From the NCBI RefSeq assembly GCF_006345805.1, contig NC_043007.1, positions 29,078,001 to 29,142,000 of the forward strand: a DNA stretch of 64,000 nt. The letters run 5' to 3'. This document shows, one piece after another, positions 39,931 through 52,104 of the stretch. The first letter of the stretch is position 1. Each line of letters begins with the position of its first letter. The translations under genes were made by a program, and so were the position numbers. The notes below the pieces were generated by a model. That model saw only the letters and a program-made list of their open reading frames with translations, did no database searches and was not told the DNA's origin. Source of the stretch: Octopus sinensis. Taxonomy: Eukaryota.

Positions 39931-40704
39931 GACCCTTTCCATATATACATATATGACCCTTTGGGAAATTTTTAGCTGCTCTGCTTTGAATTAAATCTAA
40001 ACATATTTTTATACATGTACACACACACACACACACACATTTATATAGGAATACATTGATATGTGGGTGTAAACACTAGAGAAGAGACATGGTTGTGTAA
40101 TTAAGATGTTTACTTTGTGATTCTGTATTCAATGTTGCTGATTAATCTGATGGCCAGACTTGTCAGTGGACAGAATTTTGTCTCTTGTAGATTTGGAGAT
40201 ATCTTGTTTTTATCAATTCTAACAGGTTCAATTTAGTCTTGTAACTGAAAGAGAGAAAGGAATTCTTTATGGTTTCTGTTCCTCTACAATAGATTCTTTC
40301 ATGAAATGTTACCAACAAGGTTGGTTTCTATGGACGATATACTTCAAGCTTGACACAACTATTTTAGTGACTGACTTCTCGTTTCTTTTTTTAAACATTG
40401 TCTACTGACAACACATCAATGGAGCCTGTATGGAGTTGTGGCATCTAATAGAAGTTGCAACCAAATTTCACTCAAACCCTCATCTACTTGGAAAAGGAAG
40501 GATGTATTGAATATTATTATAGTACTGGATATATTACGTCTGTGTGTCTGGTCATGACTGCCTTGCAACATGAATATGAGACACACAAGCATTGTACCAA
40601 CCAAAAGTAATGCAAAAGTGGTTATAACTTTTTATATTCACAGACCACAGGTCATTCAACTTGCACGTATTGGTAGAGTAACCCTTCTTCCTATTATTCT
40701 TCAT

Positions 40705-40975
40705 TCATCATCATCATCATCATCATCATCATCGTTTAGCGTCCGTTTTCCATGCTAGCATGGGTTGGACGGTTCAACTGGGGTCTGTGAAGCCGGAAGG
40801 CTTCATCAGGCCTAGTCAGATCTGGCAGTGTTTCTACGGCTGGGTGCCCTTCCTAACGCCAACCACTCCGTGAGTGTAGTGGGTGCTTTTTACGTGCCAC
40901 CCGCACAGGGGCCAGACAGAGCTGGCAAACGGCCACAAACGGATGGTGCTTTTTATGTGCCACCGGCACAAACAT
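40705..40975 (-). mobile_element. RTE-type 3' end (family A)
   Basis: (CAT)n-CGTTTAGCGTCCGTTTTCCATGCTAGC... plus GTGCTTTTTACGTGCCACC subrepeats. Confidence 0.85.
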
Positions 40976-41084
40976 GCCACCTGAAGGCAAATAAGGGTTC
41001 CAAGCAGAAGCAATGTACCATCATCAAGTTCCCAAAGGATCACATGCTGTCCAACATCCAGAGAAGGCTATAGAGACGACACCA

Positions 41085-41560
41085 TTGACAAGAGTAATAT
41101 GCATCAATGGATAAAAAGTTTAAAGAAGAGGAAACCAGACTTGAAGACAAATGGGAGAGCATCATCTGTGACCGTTGACATGACTTGTCAGTCATTGGAC
41201 GAATTGAGTTACAAACCACAAGATGGCAGCACCACTGCACAGTGGACATCCTGCATTACAGAAGATGATGGAAGACTTTGGGTACCAGAAAGTGTACGTG
41301 TGTAAAGAGGGTATGTTGACAGTTGACTCTTGATTTGAAGGAGAGAAGAGCAGAAGTCTGCTCTAATCTGCAGGAAGCATCTGAAGCCAGAGAAGACTTT
41401 TTTCTTCTGATCTGGTGTCAGTGGATGAAACATGGGCATATCTTTATGAGCCAGAAATGGTGGATCAGTCCATGGAATGGCATGAAAACCTCTTCAACTT
41501 GGTTGAGAAGTTCAAGAGTCAGTGATTAGCAAAGAAAGCCATGGTGACTGCTTTTTGGGA
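41085..41560 (+). mobile_element. Degenerate mariner transposase fragment from a different subfamily
   Basis: VSVDETWAYLYEPE...QSMEWH...KFKSQ..AKKAMVTAFW matches the DETW...EPE..QS.EW...KVM.T.FWD pattern. Confidence 0.7.
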
Positions 41561-41600
41561 AATCTATGTTATATAAAGAGAAAGGGAGAGGTATAGATAT

Positions 41601-42108
41601 TGTAGTGATGTCATGTTCCAGTGTGCGCACACGCAACGTCATTCTTCAGTGTGCGTGTGCGGAACGTCCTTCAATGTGCATGTGCGGGGTTGGAACCTTC
41701 TGGAAAGGCATAAGGAAGTTCCCTCATGCACATGCGCTAGAGACTGAAGAAGAAATTCTATCGCGTTCCTTAATAGCGTCGTTGACTTGAGACACGGCGA
41801 TAGAAGAGAACGGACGTATTTTTAAACGTGTGATCAGCCTATTCTCCTGTCCCAGACGCTTAGGATTTGACCTGTTCCGTTGCTGCTGAATTGTAAGAAA
41901 CTTACAAACGTTAGAATTCAGCCTTGCTGTGTTGAACTAGGTGGATACCAGTATACCATCGTGTTTCATTGTTGAATAAAGAATCATATATATTTTTAAA
42001 ATTGCGTTTTGTTACCAACTGGTAGTTTCTAGAAACAAAAAGAAAGGAAGTTGTGTTGCACCCAAGTTGCACCCCAAAAGTGTAAAGAAGCAACCAGTTC
42101 CCTTTACA
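41601..42108 (+). mobile_element. Probable solo LTR, 508 bp, 4-bp TSD (ATAT)
   Basis: Starts TGTA and ends TACA; ATAT at 41597-41600 and 42109-42112; AATAAA at 41975-41980; much more CpG-rich than its flanks. Confidence 0.6.
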
Positions 42109-42687
42109 ATATATTATGTATACAAGATATTCGATATTATACACAAGATGCATGATATTATGTACTATTATATATACAAAATATGCATTAGATATTATTT
42201 ATAGAAGAGATATTATATTACATATTAGATATATATTTAGCAGATATTATTTACTAGATATAGTTTTTTTTACTTAGGAGATTTTTTCTGAATTTTTCAT
42301 CTTAGATTGTCATCATAATTGTTTTAATGTGCACCTTTCCATGCTCGCATGGATTAAATAAAATTTGTTAAAGCAGGTTTTCTATCACTGGATGTCCTTC
42401 ATGTTGCCAACCGTCACCTGTTTCAAGCCAGGTATTTTTTGTTCCCTGGTCAGACATGTTTCCATGGATGATTGGAAACGAACAACAAAATTTGTTTGAT
42501 GATGTTAATCATCATCATTTGTAATTATGGCTTGATATCAAGACAAGGAAACATACACAACACACATGCTTGGACACACACACACGCACACACACACACA
42601 ACACACACACACACATATACAACTGACTTCTTTCAGCTTCTGTCTATCAAATCCACTCACAAGTATATATATATATATATCTATATC

Positions 42688-42720
<33 letters not shown>

Positions 42721-42721
<1 letters not shown>

Positions 42722-43000
42722 ATCATCATCATCGTTTAGCGTCCGCTTTCCATGCTGGCATGGGTTGGACGGTTCAACCAGGGTCTGGCAAGCCAGAAGG
42801 CTGCACCAGGCCCAGTCTGATCTGGCAATGTTTCTATGGCTGGATGCCCTTCCTAACGCCAACCACTCCATGAGTGTAGTGGGTGCTTTTTACATGCCAG
42901 ACGAGGCTGGCAAATGGCCATGATTGGATGGTGCTTTTTACGTGCCACAGGCATGGAGGCCAGGCGAAGCTGACAACGGCCACGATCGGATGGTGTTTTT
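42721..43000 (-). mobile_element. RTE-type 3' end (family A) between (TA)n tracts
   Basis: (TA)n-(CAT)n-CGTTTAGCGTCCGC...; the opposite junction also runs into (TA)n near 43005. Confidence 0.85.
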
Positions 43001-45963
43001 TATGTATATATATATATATATATATAATTTCCCAAACTTATTCCTCACCAAATTCTACAGTATGTGGTGCTCTGAAATAACCTTATCTTTAATCACAGTT
43101 GCCGCTAGAGACAGGATTTCCTGTAACTAATAATTTTTGTAATTTACAACATTTTTACTTTCTATTTCATACATAAATTAGTTCTTTTTTTTTATCTGTT
43201 TATTTTTGACAGCATCATTTAAAGATTTTGTCTTCATCATTGTTTGTATTTAACCATCATTATTAGTGTGTAACCATTGTTACTTGTATTTAACTATCTT
43301 ATCTTCATTACTATAAGTATTTAGCTATCACTACTTAATAATAGTTATTCTAACATCCACATTAATTTTAGCCCCAGGTCAGTCCTAACTCAGCAGATCT
43401 ATGAACTTTTATTTTATAATGTCTTTTAAAGTTATTTGATGTGTGAGTTCTCTCTCTACAACAAATGTTGGGAGATTTCTAGATTACAGGCAAAGCTACT
43501 GTATTTACCGGCATATACAATAACCTTTATTTTTTTTCATTTTTAAAGTGTATCAAAGCATTGCTCTATGTCTAATGTGGCAGAGTATGATGGAAAACCA
43601 ATTGTTGCAGACTAATGAACTGGTGGAGCATAAGTGTACTTGCTGTAATAATTTTTGCTAATTATAAGCACAAATTTACAAAAAATTGCTTACAGTGCCT
43701 CAAATATTATTTATGTGGGAAGCTTTCAGCATATATTAGCCACACCTGATGTTGTGTTGTATATTATTCAATGACTCTGTTACCTTTAAGAAACACTTTT
43801 TGATTATTGAAATGCAAATTCTTTAAGAAAAAAAATATTAAGCTTTCATCTGCCTGTCAGTTATTTGCAATGAGTGGATGACAGCAAAAGCATAGCAGTG
43901 GCGAGTCACCCTGGTGGTTGGTTGTGGTAACACAAAACATCATAGCTACATAACATAAGTTTTACATTCTGTATGACAATTCTCGTGACCAAAATATAAC
44001 CAACTCTACAGTTTGTTTGGAACTGTTTGGAACTGAAATACAGTACTTGTATAATGTAATTTATATACAATAGATATATGGTTCTTACTTTATTCCAGTA
44101 CGGATTCATGGAGGTTTTCCTTCACAAAACCACTCTAAAATATTTTTCATGTATTTGTGTTGAGGGTAAACAGAAATGTGTTTGTGTTGAGGGTAAATGG
44201 GATTGTGTTTGTGTTAAGGGTACTCATATCCATCATCACCCATGATTATGGGTATGAATACTTTAATTCAGTATAAAAAATACACAGCCTCACAGCACAG
44301 TCAATGTAGGTATAAGCAATAGTCAGTGCAGTTTGGTGGGTGGTTGCTGGGATGCATTTGCACAGTACAGGCAGAATCTTTGACTGATTGCTGACCTAAG
44401 TCATCACAGATCTATCCGTGATATGCTTAACATAATTCACAATTGAGTTTACTGTGTTATCTCAGATCAGCAATAAACATGGATGCCTGTATATATTTAA
44501 TATGTATGTGCTTATCTATCTGAGTTAACTAGTGATTATGTAAGTGACACTGCAATTTCACTCTGTCAGTCACTGTACATATCAGCCAAGTTTGAAAGTC
44601 ATAATCTTTGGGGGTTCTCTTTTTAAACCTTTTGATGCGTGCAGCCAACTGACCAAATGAAACTGCTGCTCAACTCATGTAATTCCCATTCATCTCACTT
44701 AAATTAACATCAAACTCTACCCATTTCCAGCATGAAGCTGTATTGTGCACTTCAACCTAAGTAACTTTGTGTGTGTTTAAAGGTAATAAGCAGAAGAAAA
44801 AGTTCTTGGTAGCAAGTTGTAGTATAACTAATTTATAAATAATGTACTTTGGATGGCCAGAACCAAAAAAGCCTGTGAGACTCTGGGTTTCATCAACTGT
44901 AGATGTATTTGAATCTCTGGTGAGCCTTGTTGGTGCCAGAATGACCAACCAAATATTGATTCAAGCTTGATTCAGACATGTCCATGCTTGAATGGAAACT
45001 CTTGAAATTCAGCCATTTTTTACCTCTTCTGAATGACCTAATTAAATCATATAATTCCTCGCTATGGTTTCACACTAGTATCGAGGAATTTTGACACCTT
45101 CAGCAAACTTTTGTAGTTGTGAAGAAGCTATATCTATATTATTTATTCAAAGGGAACAATACAGGTGTTTGAGTGCTACTTGTGGTTTCATATGTTGAGA
45201 AGTCCTCATGTTCTTCAGGCGCAAACCACTTGTCATAATAAACTAAAGAAAATTTTTAGTTTGTTTTGTGTGTTTTGCGCCTGAGGAATATGTTTGAGTG
45301 TTTCTCAACATATGAAACTATTGGTGGTGCTTAAATGCATGTATTGTGCCCTTTAAATGAATAATATTTATCTCTCATCAGATGGAGTACTTTTGTTGAA
45401 TTTTCTATCATGGAACAGTACATTATATAGATGTGTGTGTGTGTGTGTTTGTGAGATGTGTTGTATCATTAATTTATTGATACACCTTTGTATTCATTAA
45501 ACTGAAAGAATTGATTTGGTAGAATTGAAATGGAATCATTCGTTGCTAGTGAAAAAGAAACATTTAGAAGTAAAATAATTATTATAAGCAAGATTGTATA
45601 TCATGGACCAAATTGTCCACTATGCCCTTCTGCTTTAAAGACATCAAGATCTCTTATAAAACAGATTTGGCTGCTATTTCAAGAAACTACGAGGTTAATT
45701 AATCTCGCCCTCATTAGTTTCAAGTATATTTTAAAGTTTTGAATTAACTGACCCCATCTGAACCTGAATTCTCTTTAGGAAATAATTTGACAAATATTAC
45801 ACTGTAAAATGCAGTAAATAAACAAATTGTTGTGGTTTATGACAGTCTAATCTTTAGAAACTTATAGGTTGCTTATAGTAGTTCCCAGTCTGGGGTCTGC
45901 AGACACCTGGTAGTCTGCAAAGGTAGTACTGGGGGTCTGTGAACTAAATTCAAAATTTCATAC

Positions 45964-46016
<53 letters not shown>

Positions 46017-46017
<1 letters not shown>

Positions 46018-46570
46018 TAGCATGGAAAACGGACGCTAAACGACGATGATGATGATGATGATGATATATATATATATGTCCTAAGACCCAGCAACTAAAG
46101 TGAGGTTGCAGCCATGGCCGATGCCAGTGTTGCATGTCCGGCCCATTTAAGAGTACCCTTAATGTGTTGGGCGATATGATGTGCTTGAGAAGACCTGTTG
46201 AGTCAAGTAAAACTGAAGTCGTAGCTGTAGCCAGTGCCCCCTAACTGGCTCTTGTTCTGGTGGCACGTAAAATACATCATCTGAATGTGGTCAATGCTAG
46301 TGTCACCTGACTGGCTCCCGTGCCAGTGGCATGCAAAAAGCACCATCCAATGTGGTCGATGTCAGGTCCGCCTGACTGGCTCCCATGCCAGTGGCACATA
46401 AAAAGCACCCACTACACTCTCGGAGTGGTTGACATTAGGAAGGGCATCTAGCTGTAGAAACTTTGCCAGATTGGATTGGAGCATGGTGCAGCCTCTCGCT
46501 CTCCAGACCTCAGTTAAACTGCCCAATCCATGCCAGCATGGAAAACGGACGTTAAACAATGATAATGATG
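46017..46570 (+). mobile_element. Two RTE-type 3' ends (46017-46065 and ~46085-46570)
   Basis: Family A tail inside (TA)n, then a longer copy with GGTGGCACGTAAAA subrepeats and tail. Confidence 0.85.
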
Positions 46571-46663
46571 TATGATCAGACATATTAAATTTGCTTTGTT
46601 CCACAAAATCTACTTGTAAAATAGGGCTGCGTCTTATGCACCAGCAAATACAGTAATCAGTTC

Positions 46664-47092
46664 AGATCTTTTTGGTTTCAATGGCAGTTTTTTCTAGCGG
46701 TGTCATATGAAATTGTCACCCATAATTATGACCATGATATTGATCTATTGCATTTCAATCTGTTTTATGGTTAGGGTTAGTTAGGGTTAGGGGTGGGGGA
46801 AAGGGTATCTTTTTTTCTTCACAAATGTAAATAAACCCAATCTGTTTCTTAAACGATGGACATATTCATACGGCACAGAATGTTTTTTTACCTCAATAGA
46901 CGTCACTGATTGGTTGAAATTGCAGAAATTGAAGAAAAAAAACAACAAATATCTTATAAAACTATAGAATTTTCTCAATAAAGCCAAGAGAAAAAGATGT
47001 TTTATAAACACATTCTACCAGTATACGAAGTTTAAAATTTTTTAGTTACATAGAAATTATGTTAAAAACTATTGTTCAAACCGAAAAGATCC
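46664..47092. mobile_element. MITE, 429 bp, ~18-bp TIRs, 8-bp TSD (Merlin- or hAT-like)
   Basis: AGATCTTTTTGGTTTCAA at the left end vs TTCAAACCGAAAAGATCC at the right. ATCAGTTC is repeated at 46656-46663 and 47093-47100. Confidence 0.85.
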
Positions 47093-47124
47093 ATCAGTTC
47101 TGCAATAGAAGCAGAAGAAATATA

Positions 47125-47360
47125 TCATCATCATCATTTACCATCTGCCTTCCATGCCTGCACCAGACTTCTGTAACTGTTTTGGCAGGATCTTTACAGC
47201 TGGATGCCCTTCCTAACACCAACCACTCAGCAGAGTGGACTTAATGGAGCGACATGAAATAAAATGTCTTGCTCAAGAGCACAACACACAGCCCAGCCTC
47301 GGAATTGAACCCACTACCTCATGATTGTAAGCCTGGCGCTTTAACCACTGAGCTATGTGG
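47125..47360 (-). mobile_element. Composite SINE: tRNA-like head (family H) joined to an RTE-type tail (family A)
   Basis: Minus strand TAGCTCAGTGGTTAAAGCG...GGGTTCAATTCC, then TGTGCTCTTGAGCAAGACA, GAGTGGTTGGTGTTAGGAAGGGCATCCAGC and a (GAT)n tail. Confidence 0.7.
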
Positions 47361-48124
47361 CCTATTTACAGACCAGAGTATAATGTTGGAGTATATGAAG
47401 TCCAGTTGAATGCTTTTGATACCAATCTACCTGGGGCTGCCCTTTGGTTCTACGACACAAAGTTCCTGTTTTGTAAAAGGATTTAAACTAAAACTTCCCA
47501 TCAAGCTTTCAGTTCCAAACATCAGCATCTTAATAATGACAAAGTTATTTGGCTGAATTCTTCATTATTTTCAAAATTAAATAAAACAAAAGAAGAGTAT
47601 CTTATCAGAAATAGTAACAAAACGGTCAATGTAGGGCATATATATATATATATATATATATATAAGCTATGGTTTAATGAGAAGCTGGGGGCTTGGTGAA
47701 GTGAGATTTTGCTATGAAACCAAGACTCATCACTGCAAGAAAACAGCCATTATTTTACAGTGCTACCACTGTTTACAGCTAGGTGGAGTGGATTATTATA
47801 TAAAAGTTCAATGTCTTCACCAAATACAACCCAATGTTAGTGACAGCACTTTGAACCACAGACTACTGAGATGATTATTGAAATACCAGTAATATACTCA
47901 GTTCGTTTATAGTTTTACCTTTTAGTCAGGAGTGAAATCAGTTCACATGACCATCTACAGGGCCCCCTGAGAAGAGTGGAAGGGGTGTTCCCAAACTGGA
48001 GGCCCGGCTCCATTGAGAGCCCCCTTCATGATGAGTTTCCATCTTAGAACAAAAACAACCAGTTTTAATCAGAGAAATCTTGGTTCTTATGAAGTGACTC
48101 TATTATATAGATATTTCGTATTTA

Positions 48125-48492
48125 TCTTTTACTTGTTTCAGACATTAGACTGTGGCCATGCTGGGGCATTACCTTGAAGAATCTTTAGTCAACTGGATCA
48201 ACTTCATTTCTTATTTTCTTTTTAAAGCCTGGCACTTATTCTACCAGTTCCTTTTGCCAGGCTGCCAAGTTTTGAGGACATAAACTTAACAGCACCAGTT
48301 GTGAAGTGATGGTAGTGGACCCTCCCCCCAATACGTTTATACAATGGGCTTCTTTCAATTTCCATCTGACAAATCCGCTCAAAGCTTTGGTTGGCCCGAA
48401 GACATAGTAGAAGACATTTGCTCAAGGTTCCACACAGTGGGACTGAACTTGGAACTACATGATTGGGAAGCGAGTTTTTTACCACACAGCCA
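48125..48492 (-). mobile_element. Near full-length family C SINE just upstream of exon 2
   Basis: Same head-body-tail order as 51438-51832. Confidence 0.8.
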
Positions 48493-48662
48493 TGTCTCTT
48501 CTTTCTCTATAACTAATCTGCCAAGTTGGTTTCTTCAAGTCATTTTCTGAACTTTGTAGAATTTGTATAAATTGTCGTCTCGGATATAATTTTCTCCATT
48601 TCTTTGAGTTTATTCCATAAAAGTCATTTCTCTCTTTTTTCTTTTTTTTTTTTTTTTTGCAG

Positions 48663-48773
48663 ACTTTACAAAATGCAGATAAAAAACCTGCTTTCTTTAG
48701 TGACAAAAATATGGAACAAGTAACTCGTAATATCATAAGACGTTTCCCAAATATCGACCCCAAATCTAATACG
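48663..48773 (+). CDS. NCKAP1: NCKAP1 exon 2 (TLQNADKKPAFFSDKNMEQVTRNIIRRFPNIDPKSNT)
   Basis: Poly-T...TGCAG acceptor, ACG|GTGAGT donor, 111 nt, phase 0/0. Aligns to [22 protein letters not shown]. Confidence 0.93.
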
Positions 48774-48885
48774 GTGAGTATTTTATTTACACATACACAC
48801 ATAATATTTTATATTTATAGAGTGCTGTAATTTGCTTGAAGCAATGCAATGTGTAAAGGATTCTATCTTTTAAGATGTCCTTTAA

Positions 48886-49342
48886 GCCTTCAGCATTCAG
48901 ATTGTTCTCTCTAATGCAATGCTTATTCATTCACAGTATTTCCACTGAATCAGGCATTGTCTCAAGGCTTCAAGATTACAATGATGGGATTTTGATATTT
49001 TAGAATAACATAAGGGGGGGGGGCGAGCTGACAGAATCGTTAGCAACCTGGATGAAGTGCTTAGCAATATTTCGCCTGTTGCTATGTTCTGAGTTCAAAT
49101 TCAGCTGAGGTTGACTTTGCCTTTCGTCCTTTCAGGGTCAGTAAATTAAGTACCAGTTATGCACTGGGGTCGATGTAATCGACTAGTCCCCTCCCCTCAA
49201 ATTTCAGGCCTTGTGCCTATAGTAGAAAGGATTGTTTTAGAATAACATTGTAGGGTAGGCATAAGAGGCCAGATCTGGCCAGTTTGGACATAAAATAGGT
49301 TCAATATTTGGGCTGGTCATGACAGGTTCAAATACTAAAGGG
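48886..49342. mobile_element. piggyBac-type MITE with TTAA flanks, hosting a SINE
   Basis: TTAA at 48882-48885 and 49343-49346; imperfect TIRs (G)CCTTCAGCATT / AATACTAAAGGG. Confidence 0.7.
49012..49234 (+). mobile_element. Family B SINE with 14-bp TSD, nested in the MITE
   Basis: TTTTAGAATAACAT at 48998-49011 and 49235-49248; B-box GAGTTCAAATTC. Confidence 0.9.
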
Positions 49343-50130
49343 TTAAGCAGTTTAGGTTAGAAGTTGGGCCAAATGTGTAAGATGATGTCACTAATCAATG
49401 ACAAATGCAAAGCCTTGTATCACCCTGTAATAATACTTCTGTTATATTTCTATGTTATTGTTATATAGCTTTACAATTACACAGTTTCTATCATTATATT
49501 ATGCTTCTGTTATATTTCATGAAAGCTTTCCTTTATCAAATATAAGAAAGAAAATAATCCAAAAGTTCAGAGAAAAAGTGTTGTTGCCAGGCCATTCTAG
49601 TCTGGCAATAATAGCAATTTTTTTTCTTTTTGAATTATTGGATTATTTCAATTGTGTTAGTGCAATAACTCCATCAATTAAGTGAAGTAGATCTTTTTTT
49701 ATGTATGTGTCTTGTTGGTTGAAATGAGGAGATATTAATTTTTATCACTTACAATATGTGATGTGTTGTGTGTGGATGACTGGTTTTGTGGAGAAGACTG
49801 TTTAGGGTGAAGACACGGCTCAATAAATGTATGAGGAGAAAATGGAGAGAAGTCAGTTGGGATGATGTGGACATAAGTGCCGGATGGCTGATTGAGACTC
49901 TCAACTCCTGTGTTGTCAAGTGAGACTTGTTAAGTGGATTATTAGTTGAACGACATTGTGAAAATAGGTTGACTAGTAATTAAAACGATCCAATGAAGTG
50001 ACTGTTAATTGAAATGGTCCTCTTGGGTACATGACTAGGTGACAGTCCAATGACGAATCATTTGCCATCCTTTTGTCTCTGCTACGAAAAATGTTTTACA
50101 AATCAATGTTTCGCTGTTTGTTTCTTTCAG

Positions 50131-50217
50131 TATTCGGCCGTCAACCAAGTGAAAGGGGAAGTAATCAAGTCATTGTCTCTATACTACAACACTTTTGTTG
50201 ATATCCTTGATTTAAAG
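50131..50217 (+). CDS. NCKAP1: NCKAP1 exon 3 (YSAVNQVKGEVIKSLSLYYNTFVDILDLK)
   Basis: TTTCTTTCAG acceptor, AAG|GTGAGT donor, 87 nt. Aligns to [20 protein letters not shown]. Confidence 0.95.
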
Positions 50218-50869
50218 GTGAGTTCAGTTTTATCCACACTCAAACCTGAATGCTGGAATATGGTACCTGGCAGGTTTAGGTTTATTGTTGTTGTTGTTAA
50301 AATGCTCAATAGGTTTGCTTTCTTGACAATTGTTTAATTATAATAAAGCTCTATTGTTATTGAAATATACCTTATAAAAAGAAAGAAGCTAGTCTAGGTT
50401 ATAGTTGTGACATTAGAGAGGAGAACATTTCAAACACTGGGCTGTAAGGAACGACTGACCGACTGTTGTGAAGTTTATCTTGGTCTACAATATGGACAAA
50501 TGCTTCATGTACCACCCACTTTAACACCATGGCCATCACCATGCAGTCAATGACAACCTTTACTGTGGTCTATTCTCACATATTCACAGTAATTCATTGA
50601 TTCCAAGGCCTCACTTTACCTCAGGATGGTCAGTTACTTCAGTTCTCAGAATTCTAGCAATGAAACCAATAAAAATGCAGAACACTGACCAACCTCTACT
50701 GGTTAGCTTTTCTATGTGTGTTTTTAGGGTGTTCAGGCTGAATTTGGCAGTTTGCGTAAAAAGAGAAGAGAAACACAATATCCTGTCCAAAACCAAAAGT
50801 ATTTTAAGAAAACCAAAACATATCAACTAGATTATGGCTAAGGGACAACAGTTTATACCAAGTATCTCC

Positions 50870-51110
50870 CCTCAGCTTTCATCACAGCCTAAAAACGCCT
50901 CTGGAGCCTGGTGCATGCATTTCTTATTGTATCCCTGGGAAGATCTTGGAGCACCTCGTCAGTCTTGGTGTCTTTCTCAACCACACCCCACACATAGTAA
51001 TCCATAGAATTAGGAGGGCAGAAATTAGGGTTGGTGAAGACATAGAAATTCTCTGACAACCAATTCTGACTCTTTCCAGATGTATGGCTGTATGGCAAGG
51101 AGCTTAATCC
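50870..51110 (-). mobile_element. DD37D/maT-like transposase C-terminal fragment
   Basis: HTSGKSQNWLSENF...PPNSMDYYVWGVVEK...IRNACTRLQRRF parallels the element at 16430-17217. Confidence 0.7.
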
Positions 51111-51437
51111 CACTGTGTGTGCATGCATGCGTGTGTGTGTGTGTGTATGTGAATCCATGAATGTAAATATATGTGAGTGTATTCATGTACACACTGTATT
51201 TACATTCACTCGTACACTCATTTGTGTGTGTAGCTATTCACACCTGTATCTTTAAATTTTCCGTATTTGTTTACTGAACAGTATAACAAGCAAACCATTT
51301 GAAAAACATGCATTATCCACATGACATTGTTATTGCTTTTATAATTTGTTCTAGAACAATCCAGGGAAATGTGATTATCAGAAGGATATAAATATAAACA
51401 CTCTTAATTTGAAATGCCAGAAACTCTCAGCCTTTGA

Positions 51438-51832
51438 GTCTTACTCTTTTACATGTTTCAGTCATTTTACTGTGGCCATGCTAGAGCACCGCCTTTAGTC
51501 GAGCAAATCGACCCCAGGACTTTGTAAGCCTAGTATTTATTCTATCAGTCTCTTTTGCTGAACCGCTAAGTTACAGGGGCATAAACACACCAGCATTGGT
51601 TGTCAAGTGATGTTAGGTGGGGACAAACATAAACACACAAACATATACATACACATACATATATATACATATGTACGATGGGCTTCCTTCAGTTTCCGTC
51701 TACCAAATCCACTCACAAGGCTTTGGTCGACCCAAGGCTATAGTAGAAGACACTTGCCCAAGGTGCCACGCAGTGGGACTGAACCCGAAACCATGTGGTT
51801 GGTAAGCAAGGTACTTACCACACAGCCACTCC
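51438..51832 (-). mobile_element. Full-length family C tRNA-derived SINE with an internal microsatellite
   Basis: Minus strand GTGGCTGTGTGGTAAG...GGGTTCAGTCCCACTGCGTGGCACCTTGGGCAAGTGTCTTCT, body, and GTAAAAGAGTAAGA tail. Confidence 0.85.
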
Positions 51833-52104
51833 TACCCCTATAGTAACTCAGTAACTGCTGCCAGTTATTAATAAAATATACATACATATATGTATATATA
51901 CTTATTCAAATGTTCTACTTTTACGTGTGTATATGAGTGCTCAGCACCGCATTGGTGAATAAATAATTTCTTTATTTGTGAATTAAGGCTACCATTGGTT
52001 TCATGTTAAGAAGAGTGGGAAAATATCCAAGTATCTTAACAATTTTTCAAGCCAATCACATGAAGAAAGGTGTTCACCTCCATTTTGAAAAATTGTTAAT
52101 CATC

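Noticed and set aside
46769-46799. Interstitial telomere or chromosome-fusion scar
   Set aside because: Only 3-4 imperfect TTAGGG units, located inside a TSD-flanked MITE.
47240-47360. tRNA genes at the SINE heads (also 3590-3735 and 51438-51832)
   Set aside because: A/B boxes are present, but there is no complete cloverleaf or acceptor stem and each continues into a SINE body.
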